This document shows, one piece after another, positions 28,967 through 39,653 of a DNA stretch of 64,000 bases. Both the position numbers and the translations under genes were made by a program. The stretch is from a candidate division FCPU426 bacterium (GTDB lineage: Bacteria; Oederibacteriota; Muellerivitia; Muellerivitales; Muellerivitaceae), in contig CAWCKJ010000004.1 of the NCBI GenBank assembly GCA_963796105.1, positions 1,184,001 through 1,248,000 on the forward strand, written 5' to 3'. Numbering within the stretch: the stretch's first letter is position 1; each line of letters opens with the position of its first letter. The notes under the pieces were generated by a model. That model was not told the DNA's origin. It was given only the letters and a program-made list of their open reading frames with translations, and ran no database searches.

Positions 28967-30253
28967 ATGCGGAAACTCTCCCTGGCTTTTCTAGCGGCGG
29001 CTGTCCTTCTATGTGCCAACGGATGCATGCCAAGCCTCGGCCCCAAACCCGTGAGGCTGGCGGTCTATACCTCCGATCCGGCGATCCTCAAGATCCTCAA
29101 TGACAACCTACGGGCCATCGAGGGCCGGCATCCGGGCATGAAGTTTGAGTTGCTGAACATTCCCTACCACAACTTCCAGGATAAGATCACCACCATGATG
29201 GCAGGCGGCGACGCGCCGGACGTCATCAGCCTGGACGTCAACAACTTCATAGAACTGTACTCCCGGGGCGTCCTGGAGGACCTGACGCCTTATTTCAACA
29301 AGGATGGCATGGACCCGAAGGCTTACTATCCCGCGGTCTTCAACCGCTACAGCCCCGGCGGAAAGCTTTACGCCTTGCCGAGCGACCTGGCGCCCTTCGG
29401 GCTGGTCTATTACAACAAGAAGATATTCGACGAGGCGGGGGTGCCTTATCCCACCTCCCAGTGGTCCTGGCCGGAGCCGTTCCTTTCCCTCTGCGAGAAG
29501 CTGGTTAAAAAGGACGCCAGCGGCAAGATCGTCAGGTGGGCTTGGGGCGATCCCTACGGCACAGAGGCCAATCCCTTTTTCTTAAGCGACGGCGGCTATT
29601 ACACGGACAGCGAAACCAACCCCACCCGCTTGGCCCTGGACAGCCCCCAGGCCCTGGAGTCCTTCGGCTTCCGCTGGGACCTGATCTGGACCTACCATGT
29701 CTCCCCGGAGCCTGCCCAAATCCAGGCCTTCAACTTCGGGCCCGGCGCCGAGAGCATGTTCATCAACGGCCAGGTCGCCATGATGCCTTCCGGCATCTGG
29801 CACACCCCCAATTTTCTGTTGCACAAGGACCTGTCTTTCGATGTGGTGGAATTTCCCTGGGGCCCCCACCATACCCGCGGATGGGGATGCGGCGGGGCGG
29901 GATACGCCGTGTGGTCGGGATGCAAGGACAAGGAAAAGGCCTGGATTTTGGTGAAGGAAATGGCGGGGGAGGAAACCTTATCCAGGCTTGCCATGACCGG
30001 CTTGATCCAGCCGGCCTTGGTTAAAGTGGCCCAGTCGGACGCTTTCCTGAAGAGTCCCGGCCCGGCGAACAAGAAGATCCTCCTGGACATGCCCCCCTAC
30101 GCCCATTTTTCACCCTTCATCAAGGATTGGGAAGAGATCTGGTACGGCCAAGTGAGCCCGGCCCTGGACCCCTGCTGGCTGGGTGAGAAAAAGCCCTCGG
30201 AAATCCTGCCCAAGCTGACGGCGGATATTAATAAGAAGTTCTTTACAAAATAA
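28967..30253 (+). CDS. Sugar ABC transporter substrate-binding lipoprotein
   Basis: GGAGG RBS; lipobox ANGC; GDAPDV, LYALP, YYNKKIFDEAGV and FINGQVAM. Confidence 0.88.
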   Translation: MRKLSLAFLAAAVLLCANGCMPSLGPKPVRLAVYTSDPAILKILNDNLRAIEGRHPGMKFELLNIPYHNFQDKITTMMAGGDAPDVISLDVNNFIELYSRGVLEDLTPYFNKDGMDPKAYYPAVFNRYSPGGKLYALPSDLAPFGLVYYNKKIFDEAGVPYPTSQWSWPEPFLSLCEKLVKKDASGKIVRWAWGDPYGTEANPFFLSDGGYYTDSETNPTRLALDSPQALESFGFRWDLIWTYHVSPEPAQIQAFNFGPGAESMFINGQVAMMPSGIWHTPNFLLHKDLSFDVVEFPWGPHHTRGWGCGGAGYAVWSGCKDKEKAWILVKEMAGEETLSRLAMTGLIQPALVKVAQSDAFLKSPGPANKKILLDMPPYAHFSPFIKDWEEIWYGQVSPALDPCWLGEKKPSEILPKLTADINKKFFTK

Positions 30254-30364
30254 TAGCGCGCGGTTTGTTATCGATTTGGGGTATTTCGGTGATTTGATTC
30301 AAGCCCGGGAGCATTATTAAGAAGTTGAATTAATAATAATGATCATTAGGGCTGTCATTAATAA

Positions 30365-31096
30365 GTGATTTATCTTTTAAGGATAACAATGGATTTCCCA
30401 AATATTAATTATCGGGATTACAAAGAATTTTATAAAAAGAAACATTCATTTTGGATTGATGTTCTTGACGGGAAAAAGCTGCCTTGGATTTTAAATGTGA
30501 TAAAGTTTATTTTAAGATTTTTGTTATTTCCATTTAAAGATAAGTTAATAAAAACTTTCTTTATGGCAGGTGGCCATCTCGCAAAACTTATCAAGAAAAA
30601 AAGATTTGAAGAAGGTTATTTATTTGGCTTGGATTGTCTATTGAATTGGGAATACCCCAGAATTGAGGCATTCGGGCCAGCTTTTTATATGAATTGGTGG
30701 CCCTTTTTCCGACAAACCTGTTATTGCGCCATTGAACTTTCCAATAAAGAATCTTTAAAAGCACTTGAAGAAATCGTGAAAAAAGGGCCGGAGCCAAAAA
30801 GGGGTTATGAAGTTTCCGCTTCTTATTGCGATATCGTGCGTCTCGCCTGCATAAGGAGTGATTTTGATGTTGCGTGGTATTGGGTTGAAAAGGCTGTTGC
30901 GTGTGATGATTCTCATGGTTATCCGTTTTATTTGAGAGCGTGGTTGGGCGCGAAATTACAAAAGGGGCAAGTGTTATCCGATTTGATTGCTGCAATTCAG
31001 CATCAGCCGGAACTTAAAGAACCGATCTATAGGGAAGAAATGTTTAAAGACTTTCCCATTTTGTTAAAAACTTTGAAAGCGGAAGTTGACGAATAA
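30365..31096 (+). CDS. Hypothetical AT-rich protein with TPR-like C-terminus
   Basis: 243 aa ORF; AWYWVEKAV...YPFYLRA resembles a TPR; start uncertain (ATG 30389 is an alternative). Confidence 0.5.
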   Translation: MIYLLRITMDFPNINYRDYKEFYKKKHSFWIDVLDGKKLPWILNVIKFILRFLLFPFKDKLIKTFFMAGGHLAKLIKKKRFEEGYLFGLDCLLNWEYPRIEAFGPAFYMNWWPFFRQTCYCAIELSNKESLKALEEIVKKGPEPKRGYEVSASYCDIVRLACIRSDFDVAWYWVEKAVACDDSHGYPFYLRAWLGAKLQKGQVLSDLIAAIQHQPELKEPIYREEMFKDFPILLKTLKAEVDE

Positions 31097-31490
31097 GCTT
31101 ATTGCAAATGATTTTAGTTGTATAACTAGTTTTTTCTTAACTTAAAACGTGCCTAACTCTTATAATTAAGATGGATACTCAGACAGGGAGACAACGATGA
31201 AAGCATTGATGTTCTTAGCCACGATGGCGGGAGAAAGCGCAATTGGGGTCGGTTATTAATTATTGTTTCTAAAAGCCGTTCCTTTGTATCCACTTCATCT
31301 ATTTATGCCGGTTACTATTCTGCATTTTCTTCAGCTGTCGGATGGTTCAGTAGACTTCGCTTTGATTGATCCCAATATTTGGCTTTTTTTGGGTGAAAAA
31401 CATGTAATAAAATACATACAAACGTTACATAAGATGTAATAAATTGCATAACTTATTGTATTATTATGTATTATGTTGCATAATTAAATC

Positions 31491-31988
31491 ATGAAAATTA
31501 ACCGAAAAAAGACATTAACTCAAAGACGTTTAATCGACGCAAAACTTGCCTCATTCCTGGGTATGAGGGAAGCAAGTTTACCGAATGGTTGGCTAAAAGC
31601 GGTTCGTGGAGCTTTGGGCCTGACGGCATTCCAATTAGCGGAAAGAATGAAAGTAAAAACTTCCGATGTTTTGCACTTGGAAAGCAGGGAAGCTTCCAAG
31701 TCCGCGACCTTGGCTTCCCTTGACCGGGCCGCCCAAGCCATGAACTGCCGCCTTGTTTGGACGATCGTTCCTGAACAGGGTTATGACTCTTTATCCGGAA
31801 TTGTGGAAAAAAGGGCGAAGAAGCTGGCCTTCAAACTGGTCAAGGATGTGGATCGATCCATGAAGCTCGAAGCCCAGGGAGTATCCGACGACGCCTCCAA
31901 CCAACAGGCCGAGGAATTGGCCCAGGACCTGATTCGTAACGGAGACGCCCGCATTTGGCAACCCATGGATGATGAAACCAATGGTTGA
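31491..31988 (+). CDS. Mobile mystery protein A (XRE-type HTH)
   Basis: PNGWLKAVRGALGLTAFQLAERM, ATLASLDRAAQAMNCRLV and SMKLEAQ; adjacent to a Fic gene. Confidence 0.88.
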   Translation: MKINRKKTLTQRRLIDAKLASFLGMREASLPNGWLKAVRGALGLTAFQLAERMKVKTSDVLHLESREASKSATLASLDRAAQAMNCRLVWTIVPEQGYDSLSGIVEKRAKKLAFKLVKDVDRSMKLEAQGVSDDASNQQAEELAQDLIRNGDARIWQPMDDETNG

Positions 31989-32574
31989 AAATCCAGCTCC
32001 AGGCAATACGCCGTTAGACCCGGATGAAGTGGAGGGTTTAATACCCCTTCATGTCACCACGCAAGGGGAACTCAACGAAGTGGAGCAGGCGAATATTTTG
32101 GAAGCCATGGCCTGGTCGACCGGCCGTGACCACGCTGATATCCTGACGGATTCATACCTCCGCGAACTTCATAAAAGGATGTTTAAGGATGTCTGGAAAT
32201 GGGCGGGGAAGTACCGCCAGAGCCTCAAAAACGTTGGAGTGTCCGCGAATCAAATCCCGGCCGAGGTCAAGAAACTTTGCGAGGACACCCAATATTGGAT
32301 TCAGAATAAAACTTATTCCTGGGATGAAATAGGGGTTAGGTTTCATCACCGTCTTGTTTCAATCCATCCTTTTCCAAATGGGAATGGCCGTCATGCCCGT
32401 TTGGCTACGGATCTAATGTTGAGAGCCAATGGGCAAAAACCTTTCAATTGGGGAGGAGAATCCTCGGGCGCCTCAATCGACGCGGCTGGAACAACTCGCG
32501 GACTTTATATAGCCGCGCTTAAGGCTGCGGATCGGGGAAATTTTAATCTTTTATTGGCGTTTGTGAGAAGTTGA
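31981..32574 (+). CDS. Mobile mystery protein B (Fic domain)
   Basis: TPLDPDEVEGLIP, ELNEVEQANI, VWKWAGKYR and HPFPNGNGRHAR; start uncertain (31969-31981). Confidence 0.9.
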   Translation: MVENPAPGNTPLDPDEVEGLIPLHVTTQGELNEVEQANILEAMAWSTGRDHADILTDSYLRELHKRMFKDVWKWAGKYRQSLKNVGVSANQIPAEVKKLCEDTQYWIQNKTYSWDEIGVRFHHRLVSIHPFPNGNGRHARLATDLMLRANGQKPFNWGGESSGASIDAAGTTRGLYIAALKAADRGNFNLLLAFVRS

Positions 32575-32670
32575 CGATACACCGTGAAATGAGCTTTTTA
32601 AAAGCAAAGTATGACCTAATTTCCCGGGAAGTTTCATCAATAGTTTCTAATATCAATTAAGGAGGCGGAG

Positions 32671-33756
32671 ATGAAGGCATTGATGTTCTTAGTTACGATG
32701 GCGGGGGCGAGCCTCTGCGCTGCTCAGACCCAATATGTGAAGGACATGGACGGGAAGGATTATTTCCCGATCGGCGTGAACTACGCCTGGAAGGACTGGG
32801 GCGTGGATTTCGCGGACCAGGGATGGGACCAGCGTTTTGGGAAGATCCAGGCGGATTTTGACCTGATGAAGTCGCGGGGCGTGCGAACCCTGCGCTGGTG
32901 GGTCTTCACCGATTTCGTGACCTCTCCCTTATGGGAGGGCGTGGGGACGGAGCGCCGCTGTACGGGCCTGCCAGAGGGATGGGTGAAGAATTTCATGAAG
33001 GCGGTGGAGGCGGCCCACGCGAGGGGCATCCGGCTTTATCCCGTTTTCTCGTCCTTTGACCTAGGCCGCAAGGGCTTCATGGAGGTGGTCTTGGACAAGG
33101 CCGTCCGAAAGAGCTTCATCGAGAAGGCGGTTCGGCCCCTGCTCAAGGCCGCTGGCAACAACGAGGGCATTTTCGCCTGGGACATCATCAACGAACCGGA
33201 ATGGCTGGTGCGCCACGAGGACGGCGGCGACCCGAACAAGGAGCTTACCCACGCGCCGGCCACGCTCGCCGAACTGCGGGAATACATCACGGATATGGCC
33301 AAGGAGATCCACGCGAGGGCCAAGCAGCCCGTGAGCCTGGGAAGCGCCGGCCTGAAATGGTGCGGCTGGCAGTATGACTTTTTCTCGGGCCTAGGGCTCG
33401 ACTTCTTCGACGCGCACTATTACGACTGGATGACCCCCTGGTTCGACGTCACGACCATCCCCAAGGCGAGCCTGGCGAAAATGAACGCCGAGTACGCCGC
33501 CAAGCCGGTCATCGTGGGGGAGTGCATTTCCCAGCCGGAGACCCAGTACACGGGCAAGAACAAGCCCACGGACCATTTCCGATTCCTTCAGGCCATAATA
33601 AAGATGGGCTATGCCGGTTACCTGCCCTGGGCCTGGGATGAGAAGCCCGAGTTGGACTGCTCCAAGTCCATCGACCCCCACCTCAACCGCGCGTTGAAGG
33701 AACTGAAGCTTCCCGGCCAGGCTCCCCCAGAGGAACCGACAAAATCAAATCCTTAG
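32671..33756 (+). CDS. Clan GH-A glycoside hydrolase (GH5-like)
   Basis: Signal peptide; GVNYAW, LRWWVF, WDIINEPE (acid/base), HYY and IVGE (nucleophile). Confidence 0.78.
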   Translation: MKALMFLVTMAGASLCAAQTQYVKDMDGKDYFPIGVNYAWKDWGVDFADQGWDQRFGKIQADFDLMKSRGVRTLRWWVFTDFVTSPLWEGVGTERRCTGLPEGWVKNFMKAVEAAHARGIRLYPVFSSFDLGRKGFMEVVLDKAVRKSFIEKAVRPLLKAAGNNEGIFAWDIINEPEWLVRHEDGGDPNKELTHAPATLAELREYITDMAKEIHARAKQPVSLGSAGLKWCGWQYDFFSGLGLDFFDAHYYDWMTPWFDVTTIPKASLAKMNAEYAAKPVIVGECISQPETQYTGKNKPTDHFRFLQAIIKMGYAGYLPWAWDEKPELDCSKSIDPHLNRALKELKLPGQAPPEEPTKSNP

Positions 33757-33921
33757 CCACGGATTCAGGGGATACATGGGATTTTAAAAAATAAATTTAA
33801 AGTCTTTTTCTATGGCCTATCCGAGTGCATCCCATGCATCCGTGGCAAAAGATTATTTTGGACAGGGGTAAGTTTTATCTATTCCATAACAAGCTTTGAC
33901 GTCCAGTCCGGGGAGCAAATT

Positions 33922-34989
33922 GTGAAACAGTGGGGTTGGGACGAATATTTCGAGAACTTATGGAAGGAACTGGACCCGTCCGGGGGGATGATTCCCGGGC
34001 GGGTCCTCGCCGAACACCGGGACCTGTATGGGCTTGTGACCCCCTATGGGGAACACCCGGCGCGCCTGTCGGGCCGTTTCAAGCATGACACCAAGTTCCG
34101 TTCCGAGATGCCGGCAGTGGGCGACTGGGTGGCCGTTGAGCTGGCGGATGGCGGCAAGCAGTTGGTCATCCACGCGGTCCTGCCGCGCAGGTCGAAATTC
34201 TCCCGGAAAGTGGCAGGCCGCCGGGTCGAGGAGCAGGTGGTAGCCGACAACGTGGACACGGCTTTCCTGGTGACGGGTCTCGACGGCGATTTCAACCTCC
34301 GCCGCATCGAGCGCTACCTGGTCCTCGAGCACGCCAGCGGCGCCTCGCCCGTGATCGTCCTCACCAAATCCGACCTGCATCAGGATTACGCGCCTTTCGT
34401 CGCGGAAGTCGAGGCGGTCGCGTCAGGCGAGCCGGTCCTGGCGCTCAGCAATGTGACCGGCGCCGGCTTCGCGGGACTGGAACAACACCTCATTCCGGGG
34501 CGCACGGTCACGCTCCTAGGTTCCTCGGGAGCGGGAAAATCCAGCATGATCAACCGGCTATTGGGCCATGAGAAACAGGCGGTGCTGCCGGTGCGGGTGA
34601 ACGATTCGCGCGGAAGACACACTACCACCCACCGGGAGCTTTTCATGCTGCCCAACGGCGCCCTGATCATCGACAATCCCGGAATGCGGGAACTCCAATT
34701 GTGGGGGTCCGAGGGGCTGGACGACGCATTCTCCGATATAAGCGATTTGGCGGAAAAATGCGGATTCAGCGATTGCCTGCATGAGAAGGAACCAGGGTGC
34801 GCGGTCCGGGAGGCCCTGAAGGACGGAAGACTGCCGGAAGACCGTTATAAGGGTTACTTGAAGTTGAGGAAAGAACAGGCCTATGTCGAGCGGAGGACGG
34901 ACAAGAAGGCCATGCAGGAACATAAGAAACGCTGGAAGAATATGGCCCGCCTGGACAAGGACAACAAACGGTTTAAGAAAAACCGCTGA
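33922..34989 (+). CDS. rsgA: Ribosome small subunit-dependent GTPase A
   Basis: AVGDWV, TKSD, GSSGAGKSS, GRHTTT, DNPG and the C-x4-C-x-H-x5-C zinc finger. Confidence 0.93.
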   Translation: MKQWGWDEYFENLWKELDPSGGMIPGRVLAEHRDLYGLVTPYGEHPARLSGRFKHDTKFRSEMPAVGDWVAVELADGGKQLVIHAVLPRRSKFSRKVAGRRVEEQVVADNVDTAFLVTGLDGDFNLRRIERYLVLEHASGASPVIVLTKSDLHQDYAPFVAEVEAVASGEPVLALSNVTGAGFAGLEQHLIPGRTVTLLGSSGAGKSSMINRLLGHEKQAVLPVRVNDSRGRHTTTHRELFMLPNGALIIDNPGMRELQLWGSEGLDDAFSDISDLAEKCGFSDCLHEKEPGCAVREALKDGRLPEDRYKGYLKLRKEQAYVERRTDKKAMQEHKKRWKNMARLDKDNKRFKKNR

Positions 34990-35085
34990 ACCCGGGTTGG
35001 ATTATGGTATTGAATACCGCAAAGGGAATTGAAGCTTCCCGATCAGGTATCGCCTGAGATATTGGGCGGATTTCGAGAGGTGTGA

Positions 35086-37560
35086 ATGAAATTTTTTTGT
35101 TTTTTACCGGCCATGGCTTTGGCGGGTGCAGGCTTTACGGTTTACGCGGCCACTGCGGACGGGCCAATAAGTCAAACACAGACGCAGTACGTAAAAAATA
35201 TCGAAAAGCAGGTGAAGCCAATGGTGAAAATGAAAGCTTTTCCTTTCAAGACTGGGCAAGTGCGGCTGTTGCAGGGACCCTTCCAACACGCCCAGGAGTT
35301 GGACCGGCAGTATTTGTTGAAGCTTGACCCGGACCGCCTGCTAGCACCCTTTTACGAGGCGGCGGGCTTGAAATCCAAAAAACCGCGTTACGGCGGGTGG
35401 GAATCCAGGACGATCAGCGGCCACATCCTGGGGCATTGGCTTTCGGGCGCCTCGCGGATGGCCGCCGTCACCGACGACAAGGAATTAAAGCGGCGGGTGG
35501 ACTACGCCGTTTCCGAGTTGTCCTCCTTGCAGGAAAAATCGTCCGACGGATATGTTTGCGGTTTCGCTGAGACGCCGTTTCAAACGGTCTTCACGGGCGA
35601 TTTCACGGTGAACGATTATGAACTGGCGGGACATTGGGTGCCCTGGTACACCCTGCATAAGATTATGGCTGGGCTTTTGGACGCTTATGAAATATCCGGC
35701 AACCGCCAGGCATTGGAAGTGGTGAAAAAGCTGGCCGATTGGGCCAAAAGAGGGACGGACCACCTGAACGAAAAACAATTCCAACGCATGCTTCGCTGTG
35801 AGCACGGGGGAATGGCCGAAAGCCTCGCGGAACTTTACTCGGTGACGGAGGAACGCAGGTACATCGCCCTGGCCAAACGGTTCACCGACCGCCGCATCCT
35901 GGACCCCCTCTCGAAGTCAAAAGACAAGCTGACCGGCCTTCACGCCAACACCCAGGTGCCCAAGCTGGTCGGCGCGGCCAGGATTTACGAATTGACTGGG
36001 GACCGTTATTACCGGGACGCGGCGAGGTTCTTTTGGAAAGAAGTCACCGGGAAGCGCTCCTATGCCTTCGGTGGAAACAGCATCGGGGAGCATTTTTCGC
36101 CCTTGGGCGCGGAACCCCTGGGTGCGACCACAGCTGAGACTTGCAACACGCATAACATGCTTCGGCTGACCGATAAGCTGATGGGCTGGAGCGAGGATTC
36201 CGCTTTGGCGGATTATTACGAACTCGCGCTCTATAACCATATCCTGGCCTCGCAGGACCCGGACACCGGCATGACCACTTACTTTTTTTCCACGAAACCG
36301 GGCCACTTCAAGGTCTATTGCACGCCCTTTGATTCCATGTGGTGCTGTACGGGAACAGGCATGGAAAATCCGGCCAGGACCACCGAGGCGGTTTACTTTC
36401 ACTCTGACAACACCCTTTGGGTGAACCTTTATCTGGCCTCCGAATTGCGATGGGAGGAGAAGGGCCTGGTTCTGCGCCAGGAAACTAATTTTCCAGAAGA
36501 AGCGAAAACAAGGTTTAAGGTCGTGAATGCCGGCGGGGAAGAGTTGGAATTTAAGCTCCGCGTGCCAGCCTGGGCGGCCGGGCCCGTCGTAGTCAGCGTC
36601 AATGGCAAGCAGGTTCAAGAAGGTAGAAAACCCGGTTGGATCACGGTCAAGCGCCGCTGGGAAAAGGGCGATGTCGCGGAAATTTCCCTGCCGATGGGGC
36701 TCCATCTGCGCCGGGCCTCGGATGACCCGGCCAAAGTCGCGGTGTTGTACGGTCCCATTGTCCTGGCGGCGGAAGCCGGCCGGAAGGATTTTCCAGCGAG
36801 CGACCAGTTCAAGGAACAGAACGATCCCAACGATTATCCGGCGCCCCTGGTTCCGGTGATGGTGAGCGCGGACGAAGACCCAGCAGCTTGGCTTAAGCCC
36901 GTGAAGGGAAAAAAGCTCACGTTCAAGACGGCGGGGGTGTGCCGGCCCGCCGACGTGGAGTTGATCCCCCTCTACCGATTGCACCACCAGCGCTATACGG
37001 GTTATCTCCACCTGGCGACGCCGGCGGAATGGGAAACCGAGAAAAGGTCATGGGGCGGCGAGTCGGCGGCGCTGGCCTCTTGGATCGCGCCACCGGCGGG
37101 TGCCCCCTCGGCCACCTGGCGCGTGCGCGCCGGCGGGGACGCCTACCGGGATAAGGACAGGAAACTTTGGTCGGCGGAAAAGGGATTCCTGGGGGGAACC
37201 CCCACCTACACCGACCGGCCCCTGGAGGCAATAAAGGACGCCGAACTTTACCGGGGCGAGCGCTGGGGCGCCGATTTCAGCTACGTCTTTCCGGTTCCAC
37301 CTGGCTCCTACCGCGTCCGGCTCAAGTTCATGGAAAATTACGTGAAGAAACAGGGGGAACGGTTGTTCGACGTGTTCATCAACGGCCAAAAAAAGCTGGA
37401 GAATTTCGATATCCTCGCCGAGGCGGGGGGCTTTGATAAGGCTGTGGATAGGTCTTTTAAGGGTATCGTGCCGGACACAGACGGGTTGATCAAAATCAGG
37501 TTCGTTGGAAAAACGCAAAACGCCAAGGTCTGCGCCATCGAGGTGGTGCGAGGGAATTGA
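35086..37560 (+). CDS. GH127/GH146 beta-L-arabinofuranosidase with C-terminal malectin domain
   Basis: GHILGHWLS, EHGGM, HANTQVPK, ETCNTHNM and WCCTGTG; malectin-like YRVRLKFME...RLFDVFING. Confidence 0.88.
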   Translation: MKFFCFLPAMALAGAGFTVYAATADGPISQTQTQYVKNIEKQVKPMVKMKAFPFKTGQVRLLQGPFQHAQELDRQYLLKLDPDRLLAPFYEAAGLKSKKPRYGGWESRTISGHILGHWLSGASRMAAVTDDKELKRRVDYAVSELSSLQEKSSDGYVCGFAETPFQTVFTGDFTVNDYELAGHWVPWYTLHKIMAGLLDAYEISGNRQALEVVKKLADWAKRGTDHLNEKQFQRMLRCEHGGMAESLAELYSVTEERRYIALAKRFTDRRILDPLSKSKDKLTGLHANTQVPKLVGAARIYELTGDRYYRDAARFFWKEVTGKRSYAFGGNSIGEHFSPLGAEPLGATTAETCNTHNMLRLTDKLMGWSEDSALADYYELALYNHILASQDPDTGMTTYFFSTKPGHFKVYCTPFDSMWCCTGTGMENPARTTEAVYFHSDNTLWVNLYLASELRWEEKGLVLRQETNFPEEAKTRFKVVNAGGEELEFKLRVPAWAAGPVVVSVNGKQVQEGRKPGWITVKRRWEKGDVAEISLPMGLHLRRASDDPAKVAVLYGPIVLAAEAGRKDFPASDQFKEQNDPNDYPAPLVPVMVSADEDPAAWLKPVKGKKLTFKTAGVCRPADVELIPLYRLHHQRYTGYLHLATPAEWETEKRSWGGESAALASWIAPPAGAPSATWRVRAGGDAYRDKDRKLWSAEKGFLGGTPTYTDRPLEAIKDAELYRGERWGADFSYVFPVPPGSYRVRLKFMENYVKKQGERLFDVFINGQKKLENFDILAEAGGFDKAVDRSFKGIVPDTDGLIKIRFVGKTQNAKVCAIEVVRGN

Positions 37561-37665
37561 ACCTATTTTCTTGCGAAGGAAGGACTTCGTCTCAAACCTT
37601 GGGCCGCTGCTACCTTTTAAATTCGGGATTGCTTTCGATCTTTACCCTATAGAAACAAAACACTC

Positions 37666-39462
37666 TCAATTTTTATTTTCCCCGCGGCTGTACTTTCGTG
37701 GGGAGATCTTTAAATTTCTTCCAAAGAATTGAACCAGTGAACTGGCCGAGCTGAACCCGCATTCCTGGGCGATCCGTTCCAGGGTCAAATTTCCCTCCCG
37801 CAAAAGGTCTTTGGCTTTTTCAAGCCTGGCCTTACGGATATAAGGCCCCAAAGACATGCCCGTGATCTTTTTAAACCACTTCAGGAAAGTCGGGATGGAC
37901 AACCCCGCGCGCTTACTCAAGGCCGCGAGGCGCCAGGGCTGGCCCGGGTCCCGGTTGATTCCCGAGAGGATCGAATCCAACCGGGCGGCCACGGACGCTT
38001 CCCGGGGTTTGTCCTGGTAACGCATCAAGGCGTCCACCACCCCTCGGAAAGCCGCCACTAAATCCGGAAAGGTATAGGCTGATTCCAGGCGGTGAATCAT
38101 ATCCTTTCCCAGGGTTCTGGCCACCGCCGGTTCCAACGCGGAACGGCGCTCAACCTGTTCCAGCAGCATATGAAGTACGGACAACATGTAGGCCCGCGAA
38201 ATCTCGGGGCCATATCCGGTATAAAGCAACTGCCGAATGAAGCGTTCCCGGGCGAGTGCCAGTTGGGTCGTGGAGGATCGCGCCAGGGATTCCGATAGGT
38301 TCCGAATCAGGCCGCGCAATCCGGCGGTAGACATGATTTCCGGCTGGAGGTCCATGGTCTCGGAAAATACCAGGGTTTTCCCCGCTTGGACAGCCGAGTG
38401 AAGCGAAGTGACGGCCTCACGGTAGGACTTGGTCAGGTTCTCGCCCCCCGGGATGATGGAGCCGATACCCGCCAGGACTTTCGTGTGAAGATTTTTTTCA
38501 AGGTTTTTACAAAGAGCTTGGATTTTTTCCCGGATTTCCAAACGGGCTTGGACCTTGGACAGCTCTGGTTTCGCGGAGGTCAATACGATGGCGCCATAAT
38601 CTCCCAGGGGGCGGGAGGTGGTCTCGGGAATTTTACGGGCCGCAAGGTAGCATTCGTGCTGGAAGCTCCGGGCCAGGCAGAGGATATCCAGTGTCCCGGC
38701 CCGCATTTCGGGCTTTTGCGGCATCAGGGCGGCAACGACGGTGGGCATCCGGCTGACGCCCATTTCCTCCCTCGTCCATTCAGGAAGCCTGTAACCCTTT
38801 TCCGGCTTGGCGAAGAACTTGTCTATGCCGATAGCCCAATCCACCCAGTAAGGGTGCGGCAGGCGGCGCGCGAAGACCTCCACCCGGAGGCGGTTGAGTT
38901 CCCGGATGATCCCGGGGGTTTCCTCCCCGGCCATCCATTGCGAGAAAAGCTCCAGAAGGCGGCTGCAACCCGCAAGGCCTTCCTGATCCAGGATGGGGGT
39001 GTTGAGCGCCACCTGGACGTAATGCAGGAAATCAGGGTTCAGGTCAGAGCCTTCCACCCCGGTCAGGTTTTTCCAGTGCTTACGGAGGGTTTCCGGCGTG
39101 GGGCACTTGTCGAGCACAGGGCCGGACACGAAGAAACCGTCGCAACGACCTTCCACCAGGAACGGCGTGAAAAAATCCACATAGTCGCCGAAGCGCGAGA
39201 TGACGGGGCGTTTCTCCCGTAAAAGCCGATCGAAATTCTGCTGGAGGTAGGAATCCCGCTTGCTGATCTTGCCGAAATATTCCTCGAAATGGGAAGGTTG
39301 GAGATATTGTTTGGTGGGGAAAATAAGCGTCCAGCTGTTCCTGTTATAAGCGGAAACAAAAAGGCAAAGCCGTCCAAGATTCAGGTTGAAAAGGACTTGG
39401 ATGATGCTGAAGGCTTCCAGCCGCCCTGGCACAGGCTGTTGAAAAGTGGGTTGTTGAGACAT
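37666..39462 (-). CDS. AraC-family regulator with large N-terminal (PocR-like) sensor region
   Basis: C-terminal RLEKAKDLL...IAQECGFSSAS HTH; paralogue of 55838-57679; start placed at MSQQP. Confidence 0.82.
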   Translation of the reverse strand: MSQQPTFQQPVPGRLEAFSIIQVLFNLNLGRLCLFVSAYNRNSWTLIFPTKQYLQPSHFEEYFGKISKRDSYLQQNFDRLLREKRPVISRFGDYVDFFTPFLVEGRCDGFFVSGPVLDKCPTPETLRKHWKNLTGVEGSDLNPDFLHYVQVALNTPILDQEGLAGCSRLLELFSQWMAGEETPGIIRELNRLRVEVFARRLPHPYWVDWAIGIDKFFAKPEKGYRLPEWTREEMGVSRMPTVVAALMPQKPEMRAGTLDILCLARSFQHECYLAARKIPETTSRPLGDYGAIVLTSAKPELSKVQARLEIREKIQALCKNLEKNLHTKVLAGIGSIIPGGENLTKSYREAVTSLHSAVQAGKTLVFSETMDLQPEIMSTAGLRGLIRNLSESLARSSTTQLALARERFIRQLLYTGYGPEISRAYMLSVLHMLLEQVERRSALEPAVARTLGKDMIHRLESAYTFPDLVAAFRGVVDALMRYQDKPREASVAARLDSILSGINRDPGQPWRLAALSKRAGLSIPTFLKWFKKITGMSLGPYIRKARLEKAKDLLREGNLTLERIAQECGFSSASSLVQFFGRNLKISPRKYSRGENKN

Positions 39463-39556
39463 GTTTTTCCCGGGGAAATTTTCCAGTTTAATCACTCGAA
39501 TGAATTGTTTTCAGTGAGTTTCAAGTGATTTTCTTTCACTGAAGCGTTTTATTGTT

Positions 39557-39610
39557 TATAAACTATAATTTAACTTATTATAAATCTATTTCCTTAACTT
39601 TAGGTATCCT
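39557..39610 (+). promoter_or_regulatory. Direct-repeat operator upstream of the first GH74 gene
   Basis: TATAAAC-N15-TATAAATC; same motif and spacing at 57688. Confidence 0.5.
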
Positions 39611-39653
39611 TCTGTTAAGAAACTATCCTTGTGCTGACACATAAGGCGATGAC

